Below are positions 49,805-62,712 of a stretch of DNA of 64,000 bases, piece after piece (the first letter of the stretch is position 1; the number at the start of each line of letters is the position of its first letter). Under the pieces are notes generated by a model. It saw only the letters and a list, made by a program, of their open reading frames with translations. It had not been told where the DNA came from and made no database searches. Position numbers and translations under genes: made by a program. This DNA comes from Octopus sinensis (lineage: Eukaryota): contig NC_043004.1 of the NCBI RefSeq assembly GCF_006345805.1, positions 103,106,001 to 103,170,000 of the forward strand. The letters are read 5' to 3'.

Positions 49805-49846
49805 GCTACAGACGCGTTTCGGGGTATTGCCCCTTTTCAATGTAGC
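49805..49846 (-). ncRNA. Minimal type I hammerhead ribozyme motif, 5' core mutated
   Basis: gctaca-ttgaaaa-gggg caata cccc-gaaa-cgcgtc-tgtagc: 6-bp stem I, 4-bp stem II, ACGCGT palindrome, GUC site. Confidence 0.65.
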
Positions 49847-49899
49847 GTAGCCAGACCAGTAGGTGTTGCGCATAAGTAGTCTAGTCCGGCTTTTACATT

Positions 49900-50172
49900 T
49901 CATGTCCTAATACATCTCCTGATGTGGCTGTGTAGTCCTATCCTGGACAAACACTCCCTCTGGCAGGTACCGCAAATGTAGCGAAGACTGTTCCTGGCTG
50001 GTTGTAGTGCCATAGTTTCTTGTTGACGTCTCTTCTTTTCTTTCCATTTCTCCTCTCTCTCTGTCACTCCTTTGTATTCCCTCTTTTACGGTACGTCGCC
50101 ATTTTCCACGGTTGCCGGCAACTGCCTTCCAACCGCTAATATTGATGTTGCAGGCCTTCATGTCCCTTTTGC
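49900..50172 (-). mobile_element. RTE/BovB-like LINE 3' fragment
   Basis: KRDMKACNI..W..VAGNRGKWRRTV then CGTCQRECLSRIGLHSHIRRC. Confidence 0.82.
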
Positions 50173-50233
50173 AAAAAATAAACATATAAAATAAACGTAG
50201 GCAAAAGAATGAAAAATCTAATAATGATTTAAC

Positions 50234-50274
<41 letters not shown>

Positions 50275-50786
50275 TATACATATATATACATACGACGGGC
50301 TTCTTTCAGTTTCCGTCTACCAAATCCAGTCACAAGGCTTTGGTTGACCTGAGGCTAAGGTAGAAGACACCTGCCCAAAGTCCCTCGCAGTGTTTTACAA
50401 TGTTGTGAAAAAGTGTCAGCAGTTATATAACATATGTTTTTACCTGTTTCAGTCATTGGACTGCGGCCATACTGGAGTTCTTCCCATGAAGGCTTTAATC
50501 AAATGAATCGACCGCAGTATTTTATTTTAAGCCTGGTTACTTATTTTGTTGTCTTCTAAAACAATCTAAGGAGTTTTATCGTCTCTTCGTCGCTGGAAAT
50601 GGTACTGTCTAGGTATCGCAACTGAGAGATTGTGGATAATTACTTTTGCTACAGTCGTTGTTGTTGTTGTTTGCTATTGTTGTTTTGTTATCGTTGTTTT
50701 TTTTTTTTGTTGTTAATATTGTTGCTGTTATTGTTTTTGTTGTTGTTATTCTTCTTCTTCTTATTTTTGTTGCTAATATTGTTTAA

Positions 50787-51185
50787 GGCGGCGAACTGGC
50801 AGAAACGTTAGCACGCCGGGCGAAATGCTTACCGATATTTCGTCTGCCGCTACGTTCTGGGTTCGAATTCCGCCGAGGTCGTCTTTGCCTTTCATCCTTT
50901 CGGGGTCGATTAAATAAGTACCATTTACGCAATGGGGTCGATATAATCGACTTAATCCGTTTGTCTTTTCTTGTTTGTCCTCTCTGTGTGTAGCCCCTTG
51001 TGGGTAGTAAAGAAATAGGTATTTCGTCTGCTACTACGTTCTGAGTTCAAATTCCGCCGCGGTCGACTTTACCGTTCATCCTTTCAGGGTCGGTAAATTA
51101 AGTACCAGTTGCGTATTGTGGTCGATCGAATCGACTCGCCCCCTCCCCCCAAATTTTGGGCATTGTTCCTAGAGTAGAGAAGAAT
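50787..51185 (+). mobile_element. SINE family D, partial tandem dimer
   Basis: ggcggcgaactggcagaaacgttagc head; second unit restarts at gtatttcgtctgc (~51018) with a different tail. Confidence 0.82.
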
Positions 51186-51879
51186 GTTGTTTGTTGAAAG
51201 CGGGAAAGGAGGGGTAGTGATGCAGTGTACCATTGACTGAAGACTTCGGTTTTTCTAGACATTTACTGTCAAGAATTCTTCCTGCAGAGTTTCGGATCAG
51301 GACGCCTACATAAGCTGGAAGTGTTCCTGTTGTGTTATTTTTACCACGGTCTTGAAAATGGGTGGAGACATTTTTTCATAAAAAAAAGTTTTTGAAAATT
51401 TATGATTTTCTGTTCACACACACCCTTTCCCTTCTGGACTAATTTTGGCCAAATATATATATATATTTTGCACTACGAACCTTAAAACCATGGGAGAAAC
51501 CATAGTTAAGGAAAAAAAGGAGAATATTGCAAGTATTTTCAGGCGAAAAAGTGTGTGATTTAGGGCGATTTTGCTGTTATTTGTAGCACATCCGATGACT
51601 ACCTTCCTTATCAAACTTATGTGGTCGTCCAGATCAGAAATTCCGCCGGACATTCTTCCATAAGTTGTAGCAACTGTTTACATAATGACAGCATCAGGAC
51701 AGTAATTGATGAGACATGAGAGTGCCAGCCACTTGAGCGCGGTCATCGCTCACACACATAGGAGTGTGAGCTGAAAGAAGGGTCATTTACAAACTGTAGT
51801 TCAGATTTGAGCCGCATTTTGTCTATTTTTATGTTTTATCATTTGCAATCTTGAGGAATTTTTAGTTAAATGAATCGAC

Positions 51880-52262
51880 CACAGTACTTATTATTTTTTA
51901 AACCCTGATACTTATTCTATCAGCGTCTTTTGTCGAACCGCTAAGTTATCAGGATGTAAGCACATCAACTGTTGTCAAGTGGTGGTGGAGTATAAACATA
52001 TAAACAAAGTCACACACGCACACACACACACACACACACACGCACACACACACACACACCTCACACACACGCATATGCACACACACATATGCACATTATA
52101 TATGTTTATTTCAGCTTCTGTCTAACAAATCCACTCGCAAGGCTTTGGTCGGTCCGAGGTTATAGTAGAAGACACTTGACCATGGTGCTATGCAGTGGGA
52201 CTGAACCCGGAATCACATGGTCACCATACGGTTGGGAAGCAAGCTTCTTACCACACAGCTAT
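51880..52262 (-). mobile_element. SINE family A, diverged
   Basis: tacttattctatc..gaaccgctaagtt..(CA)n..ttaccacacagc. Confidence 0.72.
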
Positions 52263-52379
52263 GACTGTTGACTTTTGATACTGAAAATGTTTCCGCTATA
52301 TCAAAAGTATATAACGACACTTGCTTCCACTTTAAGCGTAACAGCGTGGACACAAAATGGAAGATACTAGATAATTCTT

Positions 52380-52590
52380 TCTGCTATTGGCATAAGGCTT
52401 GAAATTTTGAGGGAAAGAGTCAAATCGATAACATCGACCTAGTGCTCAGCTGGTATTTATTTTATTGATCCAGAAATGATGAAAGGCCAACTCGTCCTCG
52501 GCGGAATTTGAACTCAGAATATAACGATTCGGAAGAAATGCCGTTAAGCGTTTTATCTGTCGGGCTAACGATTCCGCCAACTGGCTGCTA
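52380..52590 (-). mobile_element. SINE family D, diverged
   Basis: ggcggaatttgaactcagaa..ctaacgattccgcca. Confidence 0.68.
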
Positions 52591-53705
52591 TGAAGATATT
52601 AAATAATACAAGCATTGGCTGTGTTTTCTACACCGAAAGCTTCAGATCTCTGAGCTCTAACTGCAATTTAAACCATCCTCCCCATATGGAATTAGTGGAC
52701 ACCATTCACGAATTTAGATAGGCAACTAAATTTTCTGAAAGCATCTCATAGACGTTCACACACTCACACAGACTCCCCATACCGACACACAGAGAGATAA
52801 TTTTTGCCTGCAGATGTTTTATTTGGTATGCAATGAGAAGAGTAGTTTGAACGATTAAACGATGTTAGCAATGGGATATCATCATATATAAATTCTCTTG
52901 AGTTCTTTTGCACAGTCAAGATATTTGCCAAGTCAATTACTTCAAGAATATGTTTTCAGTTAAACTGTAAAATTCTAACATCGTAATTACAGTTTATGAT
53001 AACTTAACGGTAAGTTAGAACTTAAATTTTAATGTTGGCGGTATGTTGCTTGTTTCCTTTTATAATTTTTTTAATACTCAGACTGGTCAGAAATATATTT
53101 CAGAAGTTTCCATTACTCCTCGTATATAGTGAACTGACACAGTCTGCTGTCTATAAATATAGCGGTAATTACGCTTACAGTTCTTTCAACGACTTTCCCC
53201 TGAAGAAACATTTAACGAATTTAGTCATAAAATTAGATTTTCAGAAACAGGGCTCTCCGTGTGGATACTTGATATGAAATGAAAAGAACCTATTTACATC
53301 AACCTGTATACATAAAGCTGAGAAGAAACTTTATAACTAGGTGGGATATGTTAAGAACCTTCGATAGATAGTTTCCACTGATTTTCTATAAGCTCGCCAT
53401 GCATTTCAAAGTAATTCTAGGATTGTCTCTCTTTGTATCCAGTGCTGATGATAACTAAGTAACTTGACATGCATTCATCAGAGAGTAACCTGGAATGACT
53501 GTTGGTGTTTTAACGTACTGTTGCCTAAAACGAGAATTATTTTCTCTGCGACAAACTACGGTGAAAATGGCCTGTTTGCAAGTTGAATATGTTCCAAACA
53601 TATTTGAACTGATCTAAAAGTTTGTTAGATTCACAACAATGCTTTCACGAGTGCCTATCACACTATACACACACAAACACACACATATATATATATACAC
53701 ACACG

Positions 53706-53736
<31 letters not shown>

Positions 53737-54984
53737 ATAAACACGCATACATACACTTATAGTGCAAGAAAACAACAAAAACTTCTTTATGGGTGCGAAG
53801 ATAACATATCTCAGATACGTCGTGTCAAGTATTTTTTCAATCAAAAAGAATGGACTACAAGCATGTTATGAAACAACTTCAGTTTAAACAAAATACTTAT
53901 TACTCGGTAAAGTTAAGGATGGTGAATTAACGGAAATTGTAGAAATTATACCAATCCTGTTAAAGTGGATTTCGTCCTCCACTACTTCGGCTTTTTTACA
54001 TTAAAAGTTAAAAAGTAAGTAGTGACAAAATAATCAAACTACAAGTAGAGATAAAACGGAAATTGAAGTGGTTTATAGATTTTTGAGTCTAAACGGATAT
54101 TGTCGTCAGTACAGAAAAGTGTATTGTTAATCAAACCAAAAATCTGGCCAACAGAAGAAAAAGAGATAAATAAACTGAGAGAGCACCCCGTTTCTTGCTT
54201 AGATGTAAGCAGTTTCATTTCACTTACACCATTAATCGCATTTGGAAAGATATTATAGCCACAACTTCCTATTTCCATATTTCCAATAATTTGTTAGCCA
54301 TTTTACATATTCTTCTACTGCTATAGGAATATATAGCTGTGCATCTAGCTACATCGCATCATAGCCGATGTGTACATGTATTTGGTTGTCAACCTTACCA
54401 TATCACACCCTACAAAGTTCCCTACAAGACATTTTATCCATATGTATCTCCTAAAGAACTATTTATCTCAGGAATTCGCACCTTGCAAATGTTGTTACTG
54501 TCGTTTCTCCCCCACTTTGACTCTGTTGTACCGTGTCTAAGAGTGAGGGATCTCTAGCCATGAAGATCAGTTCTTCTTTTCTAGACTATATTATCCAACG
54601 TTTTCTTCAAGTTTTAAAACAGTTGAGTGTTATCTGAAGATTTCGCTGATATTTAGAGTAGGTCTCTAAGTTACATTTTTACAAATAAAACTCACCCAAC
54701 CACAGTACATGCTGAACTTGTATCGACCCTAGTAGTGCAAGGCAGTCTGCATATCTAAGGGTTTGTTCCTTTCTGTAGAACTAAATATCCAAAAGAGAAA
54801 TGAGCAGTCATGCACGGCTCTTTGTGTTTTGAGTTCAGATTAACTTTTCCTCTTTCTGGAATCAATAAAATGAAGTACCAACAATGTACTGGTGCTAATA
54901 TAATCAACAGTCCTACATCTAAAATTGAGGCCTTACATTTACGTAAGTAATTACATGTTAAGTTAGTAATTAATATCAGCCTGT

Positions 54985-55205
54985 ACCAGGCGGCAAGCGA
55001 GTAGACCGTTAGCACGCCAGGGCAAACTGCTTAGTGGCATTTCGCCTGTCTTTACGTCCTGAGTTCAAATTCCATCGAGATCGACTTTGTCTTTCATCTT
55101 TTCGAGGTCACTAAAATAAGCACCAGTTGATTACTGGGGGTCGATGTAATCGACTATCCTCTTGCTTCGAAGGTGATGACGACCTTGTGCCAAAATTTGA
55201 AACCA
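54985..55205 (+). mobile_element. SINE family D
   Basis: ggcggcaagcgagtagaccgttagcacgcc..gagttcaaattcc..ggggtcgatgtaatcgac. Confidence 0.75.
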
Positions 55206-56137
55206 ATATCTACGAGTAAAACAGTTAATACGAGCTAACTAAACTGATATCTCTAGTTTTATCTTAAAACATCATTAATTAAATTACACTATATTTTTAT
55301 TTATTATTTTTATTTATTAAACGTTTTGAACCGGAGTGTAAGGTTACATGTATGGCCTACACAGGTTATTGGAGACTAGTGAAATCAAAGTGATTGATGT
55401 TCGTGTGTTGACGTCTGCAGGGAAAGCTTGAAAAGAGACGAGTCTTTCACGGAGCATATTTGGGGACACTCGACCAGCTGGAAGCAGCAGTCAAATGTAC
55501 CTCAAATAAAACCTGGCCGTTCTATGAAATGTATAATGTCCATCTGCAAATACCTGAAAAAAAGAAAGCACAGGTAGGTTCATAACTAGAAACTCTTTCA
55601 TGTTTGGTTGATAAGGATTTATCTGGAACTAAACAACAGTAGCAACATGAGCAAAAAGGGAAATCAAGCAAAAATTAAACATACATATATTTGATAGCAA
55701 GAATCATTTGAGATTGTTGGCGTTTTTCCTTCAGTAACATATTTGTAAATATTTAAGTAGAAAATCTTAATGGTGTCTATTTGGGATGAGACTTAAATTG
55801 GAGATGCTAATACAGGACTACAAACTATATCTGTAATCTGTAAATATTTTTTAGCTAACATTATACTGATACACAACTAAAACATCCATGTCCTTATATA
55901 CAAAATGCTGGTGGACGGAGGAGGAATGGGCTGATCTAGTTTGGATGTTTGGGTTTTTATCAGCAACTGAATACCCTAACACAAGAGAGCATCTAATATA
56001 GCTGAACCCACTTTCTTCTGGCCTTAAAGGTACTGTATATAAATACAGAATGGTTAGATTTGCTTATTATATACGATGTTCAATAAATCTCTCTCACTCT
56101 CTCTCTCTTCCCCCTCCCTCTTATATATATACATATA

Positions 56138-56523
56138 TCTTTATATATAAAAGTGAAATTGTGTGTCTGTCTCCTACGATTTAGATTCCTAACTACTCCC
56201 ACATTTTGCGGTGCAGTTTAACCAAAAGCGGGTATCTTATAGTCGTGATTCATATCGAGCCTTCTGGGTATTAGCGCGCGTCTACGATGAGTCTACGATT
56301 TAAAAAATAATTTACCATCATTTTTTTCCCATTTTAATGCATTTTTTCGCTATTATATAAGGGAAGTAACTCTCTAAATGAGTCAACGATTTAAAAAAAA
56401 ATTACCATCATTTTTTTTTCATTTTTAATGCATTTTTTTGCTATTTTTTGGCTATAACTCTCTAAAAATGCTTATATAGTTATTTCCCTTACAAACCCGA
56501 GCAACGACGGGCAATACTGCTAG
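56138..56523 (+). mobile_element. Non-autonomous Helitron (386 bp)
   Basis: A|TC 5' end, cccg..cggg hairpin at 56496-56511, CTAG|T 3' end. Confidence 0.8.
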
Positions 56524-56826
56524 TCTATATATAAAGCAAATTAGCTAGTCAGAAAATTTCTATAAGAGGTGAAAACAGTAACTACACTGAGAAGTAATGC
56601 TTATCACCACTTAAACATGGCCGTTCCGTTGAAACCGACGTTACTGCTATTTCTAGACCCATAAAGGCGCATCCTCTGGCTGGTTATTCGAAGTTATCTA
56701 CACCCGATATATATTGCAAGCAGTGAAATGAACTCCTACCATCCTCCAACCACGAGATCACTACACCATTTGGTTTTCATCTTTCTGTGGTCATCCACGG
56801 TTGTGGATACTCATCCGATAGAGATA

Positions 56827-57235
56827 GTAGGAGTGGCTGTGTGGTAAGTAGCTCGTTTACCAACCACATGGTCCCGGGTCCAGTCCCACTGCGTGGCACC
56901 TTGGGCTAGTGTCTTCTACTATAGCCCCGGGCCGACCAATGCCTTCTGAGTGGATTTGGTAGACGGAAACTGAAAGAAGCCTGTCGTATATATGTATATA
57001 TATATATGTATGTGTGTATTTGTGTGTCTGTGTTTGTCCCCCTAGCATTGCTTGACAACCGATGCTGGTGTGTTTATGTCTCCGTTACTTAGTGGTTCGG
57101 CAAAAGAGACCGATAGAATAAGTACTGGGCTTACAAAAGGATAAGTCCCGGGGTCGATTTGCTCGATTAAAGGCGGTGCTCCAGCATGGCCGCAGTCAAA
57201 TGACTGAAACAAGTAAAAGAGTAAAAGAATAAAAA
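56827..57235 (+). mobile_element. SINE family A, full length
   Basis: ggagtggctgtgtggtaagtagc..gactgaaacaagtaaaagagtaaaagaata. Confidence 0.9.
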
Positions 57236-59454
57236 AGTAGTTCACTCCAGCTCGCAATATATAGAGAACAGGTGACACACAGTCACTGATCTTGCAACAA
57301 GCAAATTAGCTTGTCAGAAAATCTCTATAATAGAGAAAAGCAGAAACCACAGTGAGAAGTAATGCTTATCGCCACATAAACATGGCTGTTCCGTTGAAAC
57401 TGACGTTAATGCTTTTTTTTAACCCCAGGTGGTTAAGATCAAACAACTGACAAGCAAATTTGTGCTGTTGAGCAGAATATTTGCCATAACGATATTTCTG
57501 CTTCAGCAACTCAGCGCTGAATCTGTCTGAAATGTAATGGAAAAATAGGTCAGTTTCAAAACATTTATACCAAGTGACAAAAGCAAAGTTTGCAGGGAAT
57601 AGTAATAATATGCTTTTGATTTCTAGATAGAAGTAAATAGGAAATAACACTTACTGACCAAAACAAAACAAAAATAAATATATGAATAAATAAATAAATA
57701 AATAAATAAAAACTTTGTTGCACAGTGTAAATACGGAATTTCCAAAAGTGATAGGAGAATGACTAAGTAAGTAATACGCGTATCACAACACAACGCTTAG
57801 CAACATACACGCGTCACAAACCGGATATACACGTCAGCGATTGATGTGGAACTCTAAAGACAACGATACGACGAATGCGATAACTTTGAGATATCTAACA
57901 GTCATAATACGAATCGCATGACGTAGAAAACTAACGGTCAAACACTGACTGACAGTAAATTCTACATAAATTCTGGCTATAAAGACAGCATAAACAAAAG
58001 TCATTCAGTTTACAAAAGAAAGGAGGGGGATACAGAAGCAAGTTCCGCACCATGTCCTGATGATAAGGCTGAGTTAGTCTGGAAAAGTTAATAAAAATTA
58101 ATATAGGAATTTTATTGCTCCAAATGAAATAAATCTGATACTTAAGTACAAAAGCCAACCGAATAAAAATGATTAGATTAGAACATTTCAATATGTTGCG
58201 TGTAAAAGAAAAGTATACAAATATGACAGTGTGCATGTGTGTGTGTATGCATGCGTGTTAATGTATACGTGTGAATACAAATAGATAAATGATAGGAAAT
58301 GAAATTTATTTACAATCACTACAATTGTTTCGACACACTTTTACACCTTTAGTACATAGGTAAGCTGGATCAATCGTTATCATACACCCAAGACGTAAAA
58401 TACGCCTCTTCAGGTGATTGCTTAAGTAAGTCCTTCGTAAGATCCTTTCGTCATTTCACTCAGTGTGGCATTGCATACTCAAAGTGATGAATCATTTTCA
58501 ACAGTTTACAAACGAAACTAAACCCATAAATGCGGTGACAGACAAGATACAATCACCATCAAAATCCAACATACATAAATAAACAGACGAAAGAAAAGGG
58601 TGAGGTTGACTATAAAATTACCATTTCATCTTAGATATACTTATGAATGTGCATGTGTGCGCATGTATCTATGTGTGTAGCTGTATGTGTGTGTTGTGTG
58701 TGGGTGAAATTAATTCACAGTACTTGGCGAGACGTTTAAACTAAGCCGCAGCCGTGATCTAAACCTCTCGCTTGCAGTGGAAAGGCAACAAGTAGCAAGA
58801 CTTCGTTTGTTTAATCTGAAAAGAAACTTAAAACAACAACAAAAAAAAACAAAGCAACGTGAACATAATGATGAAATGTAGATGTGTCGAGGCATGAACT
58901 CACATAGAAAGTGATACCCTTTTGCTATCACAGACAGGGCAGGGCAACGTTTAATGAGGAATTCAAAGTGAAGAAAAACGTTTGTTGAACAAAGATTTAG
59001 TATACTAGTATTTTATTACATCGACTAATTCCAGCACGAAACTATAACAAATCAAAACGGGACAAAATGGAGGAGGGAATCAGACAGGAATAAAGTAAAA
59101 TAAAAAATAATTGAGAAAAGCGGAAATGGTGGAAAAGTAGAGGGGGAGTAGTGGAGAAAATGATAAACAGAGACTGCGACAGGAACAATAATAAGAACAA
59201 GAAAACGGCAATAGTGAAATTCTTCAGTGAAACTGGTGCTCTTGTTGGTTACTTCGTACTTTTGGGTTTGATGTGCATCACTGCAATTAGATGTTCCGCC
59301 GTCTTTTAGATTTTGGTTCTTGATATATAATATAGGAATTGGGGAGTTTTTCTTCATTTTTCTCCGCAAACATACATGCGTACATATGAACTGTCTCTAT
59401 GTATGTATGAATGTACGTACGTAAGTATGTATGTGTGTATATATATGTGTATGC

Positions 59455-59496
<42 letters not shown>

Positions 59497-59675
59497 GTGT
59501 GTATGTGTGTGCATATATATATATATATATATACATACATACACACACCCACACATGGATTTATCTCTGCTTGTACGTATAAAAATACATTGACACAATG
59601 TATCAATTCACATGCAAAGTTCTGTATTGAGTGCAGACAAACACAGATGTTCATATATCTGGTGGGGGATGGAGA

Positions 59676-59717
<42 letters not shown>

Positions 59718-60078
59718 GAGAGTATGTACATGTGTTACGGATATGTACAAACACAAACGCACATGCAGAGAATACCGTGTCTAGCAAACTTCACATTTCA
59801 CTGTATTATTTCATGACTACGAATACCAAGATGATTAGATCAGCATTTCAATATTTTAAAATGTATGTTCTTCACATGGTCATTATACATACACCATACA
59901 CAGCTTGCCTGTCTGTCTGTCTGTCTAATTATCGTCTGTTAGTCCCATTTCCTCCCAGCTTTTACGTCTCGGTATGCCGTCTGCCCGCCTAGTTGTCATA
60001 TTGTTGGTGGTCCACCGGCAGACGACATGCAGGGGTGTTTCATGCTCGGATTAATTGCAATAGATCGCTTTACCTCAA

Positions 60079-60410
60079 TACATACATACATACATACATA
60101 CATACATACATACATACATACATACATACATACATACATACATACATGTATGTATGTATGTATGCATACATACATGCACACACATACAGGCATACATACA
60201 TACATACATACATACATACATACATACATACATACATAAATTCAGAGACAGTCAGACATACATGCATACATGTACACACATACATACATGCATACTTACA
60301 CACATGCATACGTACATACATACGTACATATATACATACATACATGCATGCATGCATGCATACTTGCATCCCTGCATCCCTGCATACATACATACATACA
60401 TACATACACG
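60079..60410. repeat. (TACA)n/(TGCA)n microsatellite
   Basis: Direct reading. Confidence 0.93.
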
Positions 60411-62286
60411 AAGTCATTAAAAGTGATTATACGCACTCGTCTACGAAAGAGACATCTGCTCTCATTCATTACATAAGGTATATTCATATCTACACATACG
60501 CCTACATATATGAAGACATTAACTCCCTGACACATTAAAGCTCCCTGGGGCTGTCTTTGCTCAAACAATATAGTCTGTTAGTGATCTGGTCGAATTATAC
60601 GAAGAAGAAATTAAATATATCTCAAAGAAAAATACACACACTCGCTGCAAACGCACACACACGCATACACTCGCACAGACATATTTATACAGACTTATAT
60701 ATATTAATGCTTGTTTTTTCTATGGCACATAATAGTCATACATAATTATATAAACGTAAAAGAACAGAAGTATAAACAGGTAAAAGAATTGGTATCTGGT
60801 TAGATTATGACATATTTTTAACACCTGATGTTACGTGAGTATAGATCACAAGAAGGAAGGAATTAGATAGGTATGCAGAAAGTCTCTTACAGCTGTTTCG
60901 AGAAAAGATTCGCAGTGGTGCATGTTGTGCAAAACGAACGCTAGCAATCCTTATATCAGCGATGATCTGTCTATTATCGGAGGGAGAATAAGATTATAAC
61001 AGTGATTTATTCCATCGTCGGAAAGAGAATGAGAGTTACTGTAGAAGGCTTTGAGTTACTAATATAGTTTAGTGTAGAGAGGAATACTAAAGTGAGAAGA
61101 GGCAGAGAGAATAAGATCGTACTGAAATGATAGATAGATAGAAGGTAACAATCATATCAAGGGATAGCTATATGAATTACAAGAGTTAGATGAAGATATA
61201 CAAAGAGGAATGACAAGTGTTAATATGGATAGGAACTAGGTGGTCTTGTGGGAGCGAAGCTGTATGTAATTGACTACTGTTAATGGTGCCAAAATAATAT
61301 AGTTATCTTTTAGCCATACTTGCTAGCAGAGGTGGAGTACAAGATAAAGAATACTTACTATTTACAGTAGTTTGGCTTAGTGGTCAGCGCGATGTGTACG
61401 GAAGTCGAGAAGTCATTTAGGCGTATGATAATAAATCATCTAACTACAACTGAGTTCATACGCCATTGCATACGACTAGAATGTCTGTGTTTGATCGTAG
61501 TTACCTAAATAAATAAAGAATTTACTGTAACAGTAAAGGATTATTAGTATTTAAGTTTGTGCTGAGTAAATAATCGAGGACAGAGAGATACGAAGTCTTG
61601 TATCTTGGCAGAGAAAATCCTAAGTAAATCCATAGATACTGTGCGCTCCTCAGAGGATAAAATTTAGTTAGATGGTTGCGATATCATTCCAGTTGGAAGG
61701 GATAATAAAATCTAAAATTAGGGAATATGCAGTATGGAACCTTATAGAGTTCAATGAAGTGGAGGATTTAGAATAGGAGATTTGAATAAAGGTGTCGGAT
61801 AGGGATACAGAAAGATAATTGAAGTTAGTAAAGATGAACAATATGATTAATATTGGGTTAGACGGAAAAGTTTACGTAGGTATAATAGATGCGTCAATTT
61901 TATAAAGGTAAGTACTTTATAAAGATTCAAACTACTCCATATAGATTTGTGATATAAGTTAAACTAATTTAAATAGTTTTAAGTGGTACATCCACATACT
62001 GTAGGCAAGGTTTGCGTTGAGAAACTCAATACAAACATTTAGATTGGTGATATAGTTAAAATTAAATTGAATAAAGTTAGATCAGCGTAAGAAGTGAATT
62101 CAGTTTATGTGAATGAGACTTGTGTTGAGAGATTCAAATAGCTACATTTAGTTTTTGTGATAAAATCGGAATGCTTTAAAAATTTATGAACATTTGAAGT
62201 GAAGGTTTCGCTTTATTTATTCAATAACAGTAATGGATTATGTAATAGGATTTGTTTGAATTCTTTAAAGTAAACCAGCATGGGGC

Positions 62287-62291
62287 ATACA

Positions 62292-62325
<34 letters not shown>

Positions 62326-62712
62326 CATACGTACGTACGTACGTACGTACATACATACATAACATACATACATACATACATACATACATACATGCATGCA
62401 TGCATACATACATACATACATGCATGCATGCATGCATGCATGCATACATACATACATTCATACATACAACCGAAATTGCGAGGATAATCTGGTTCTTGAC
62501 TGGAGATAGAAAACTTCGAATGATCCGTCCTTGTTTTCTTTTTATCGTCTATCTGGATTTTTTGTTGTCCCTTTTTGTATCACCTAACTATCCGGGTGTT
62601 TTGCGTTCTTGTCCCATTTTGTATTTTATATATACACGCATACATACATACATACATACATACATACATACATACATACATACATACATACATACATACA
62701 TACATACATACA
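62287..62712. repeat. Two (TACA)n-type microsatellites flanking a short interspersed repeat
   Basis: Direct reading; the middle part resembles 7540-7660. Confidence 0.85.

Noticed and set aside
60870-60960. Hammerhead on the minus strand (gaaacagctgta)
   Set aside because: Only the 3' half with a palindrome is present; no valid CUGAnGA or stem I.
60760-62200. Decayed Penelope/GIY-YIG element on the minus strand
   Set aside because: Only faint motif hints with many stops; not supportable without a profile search.
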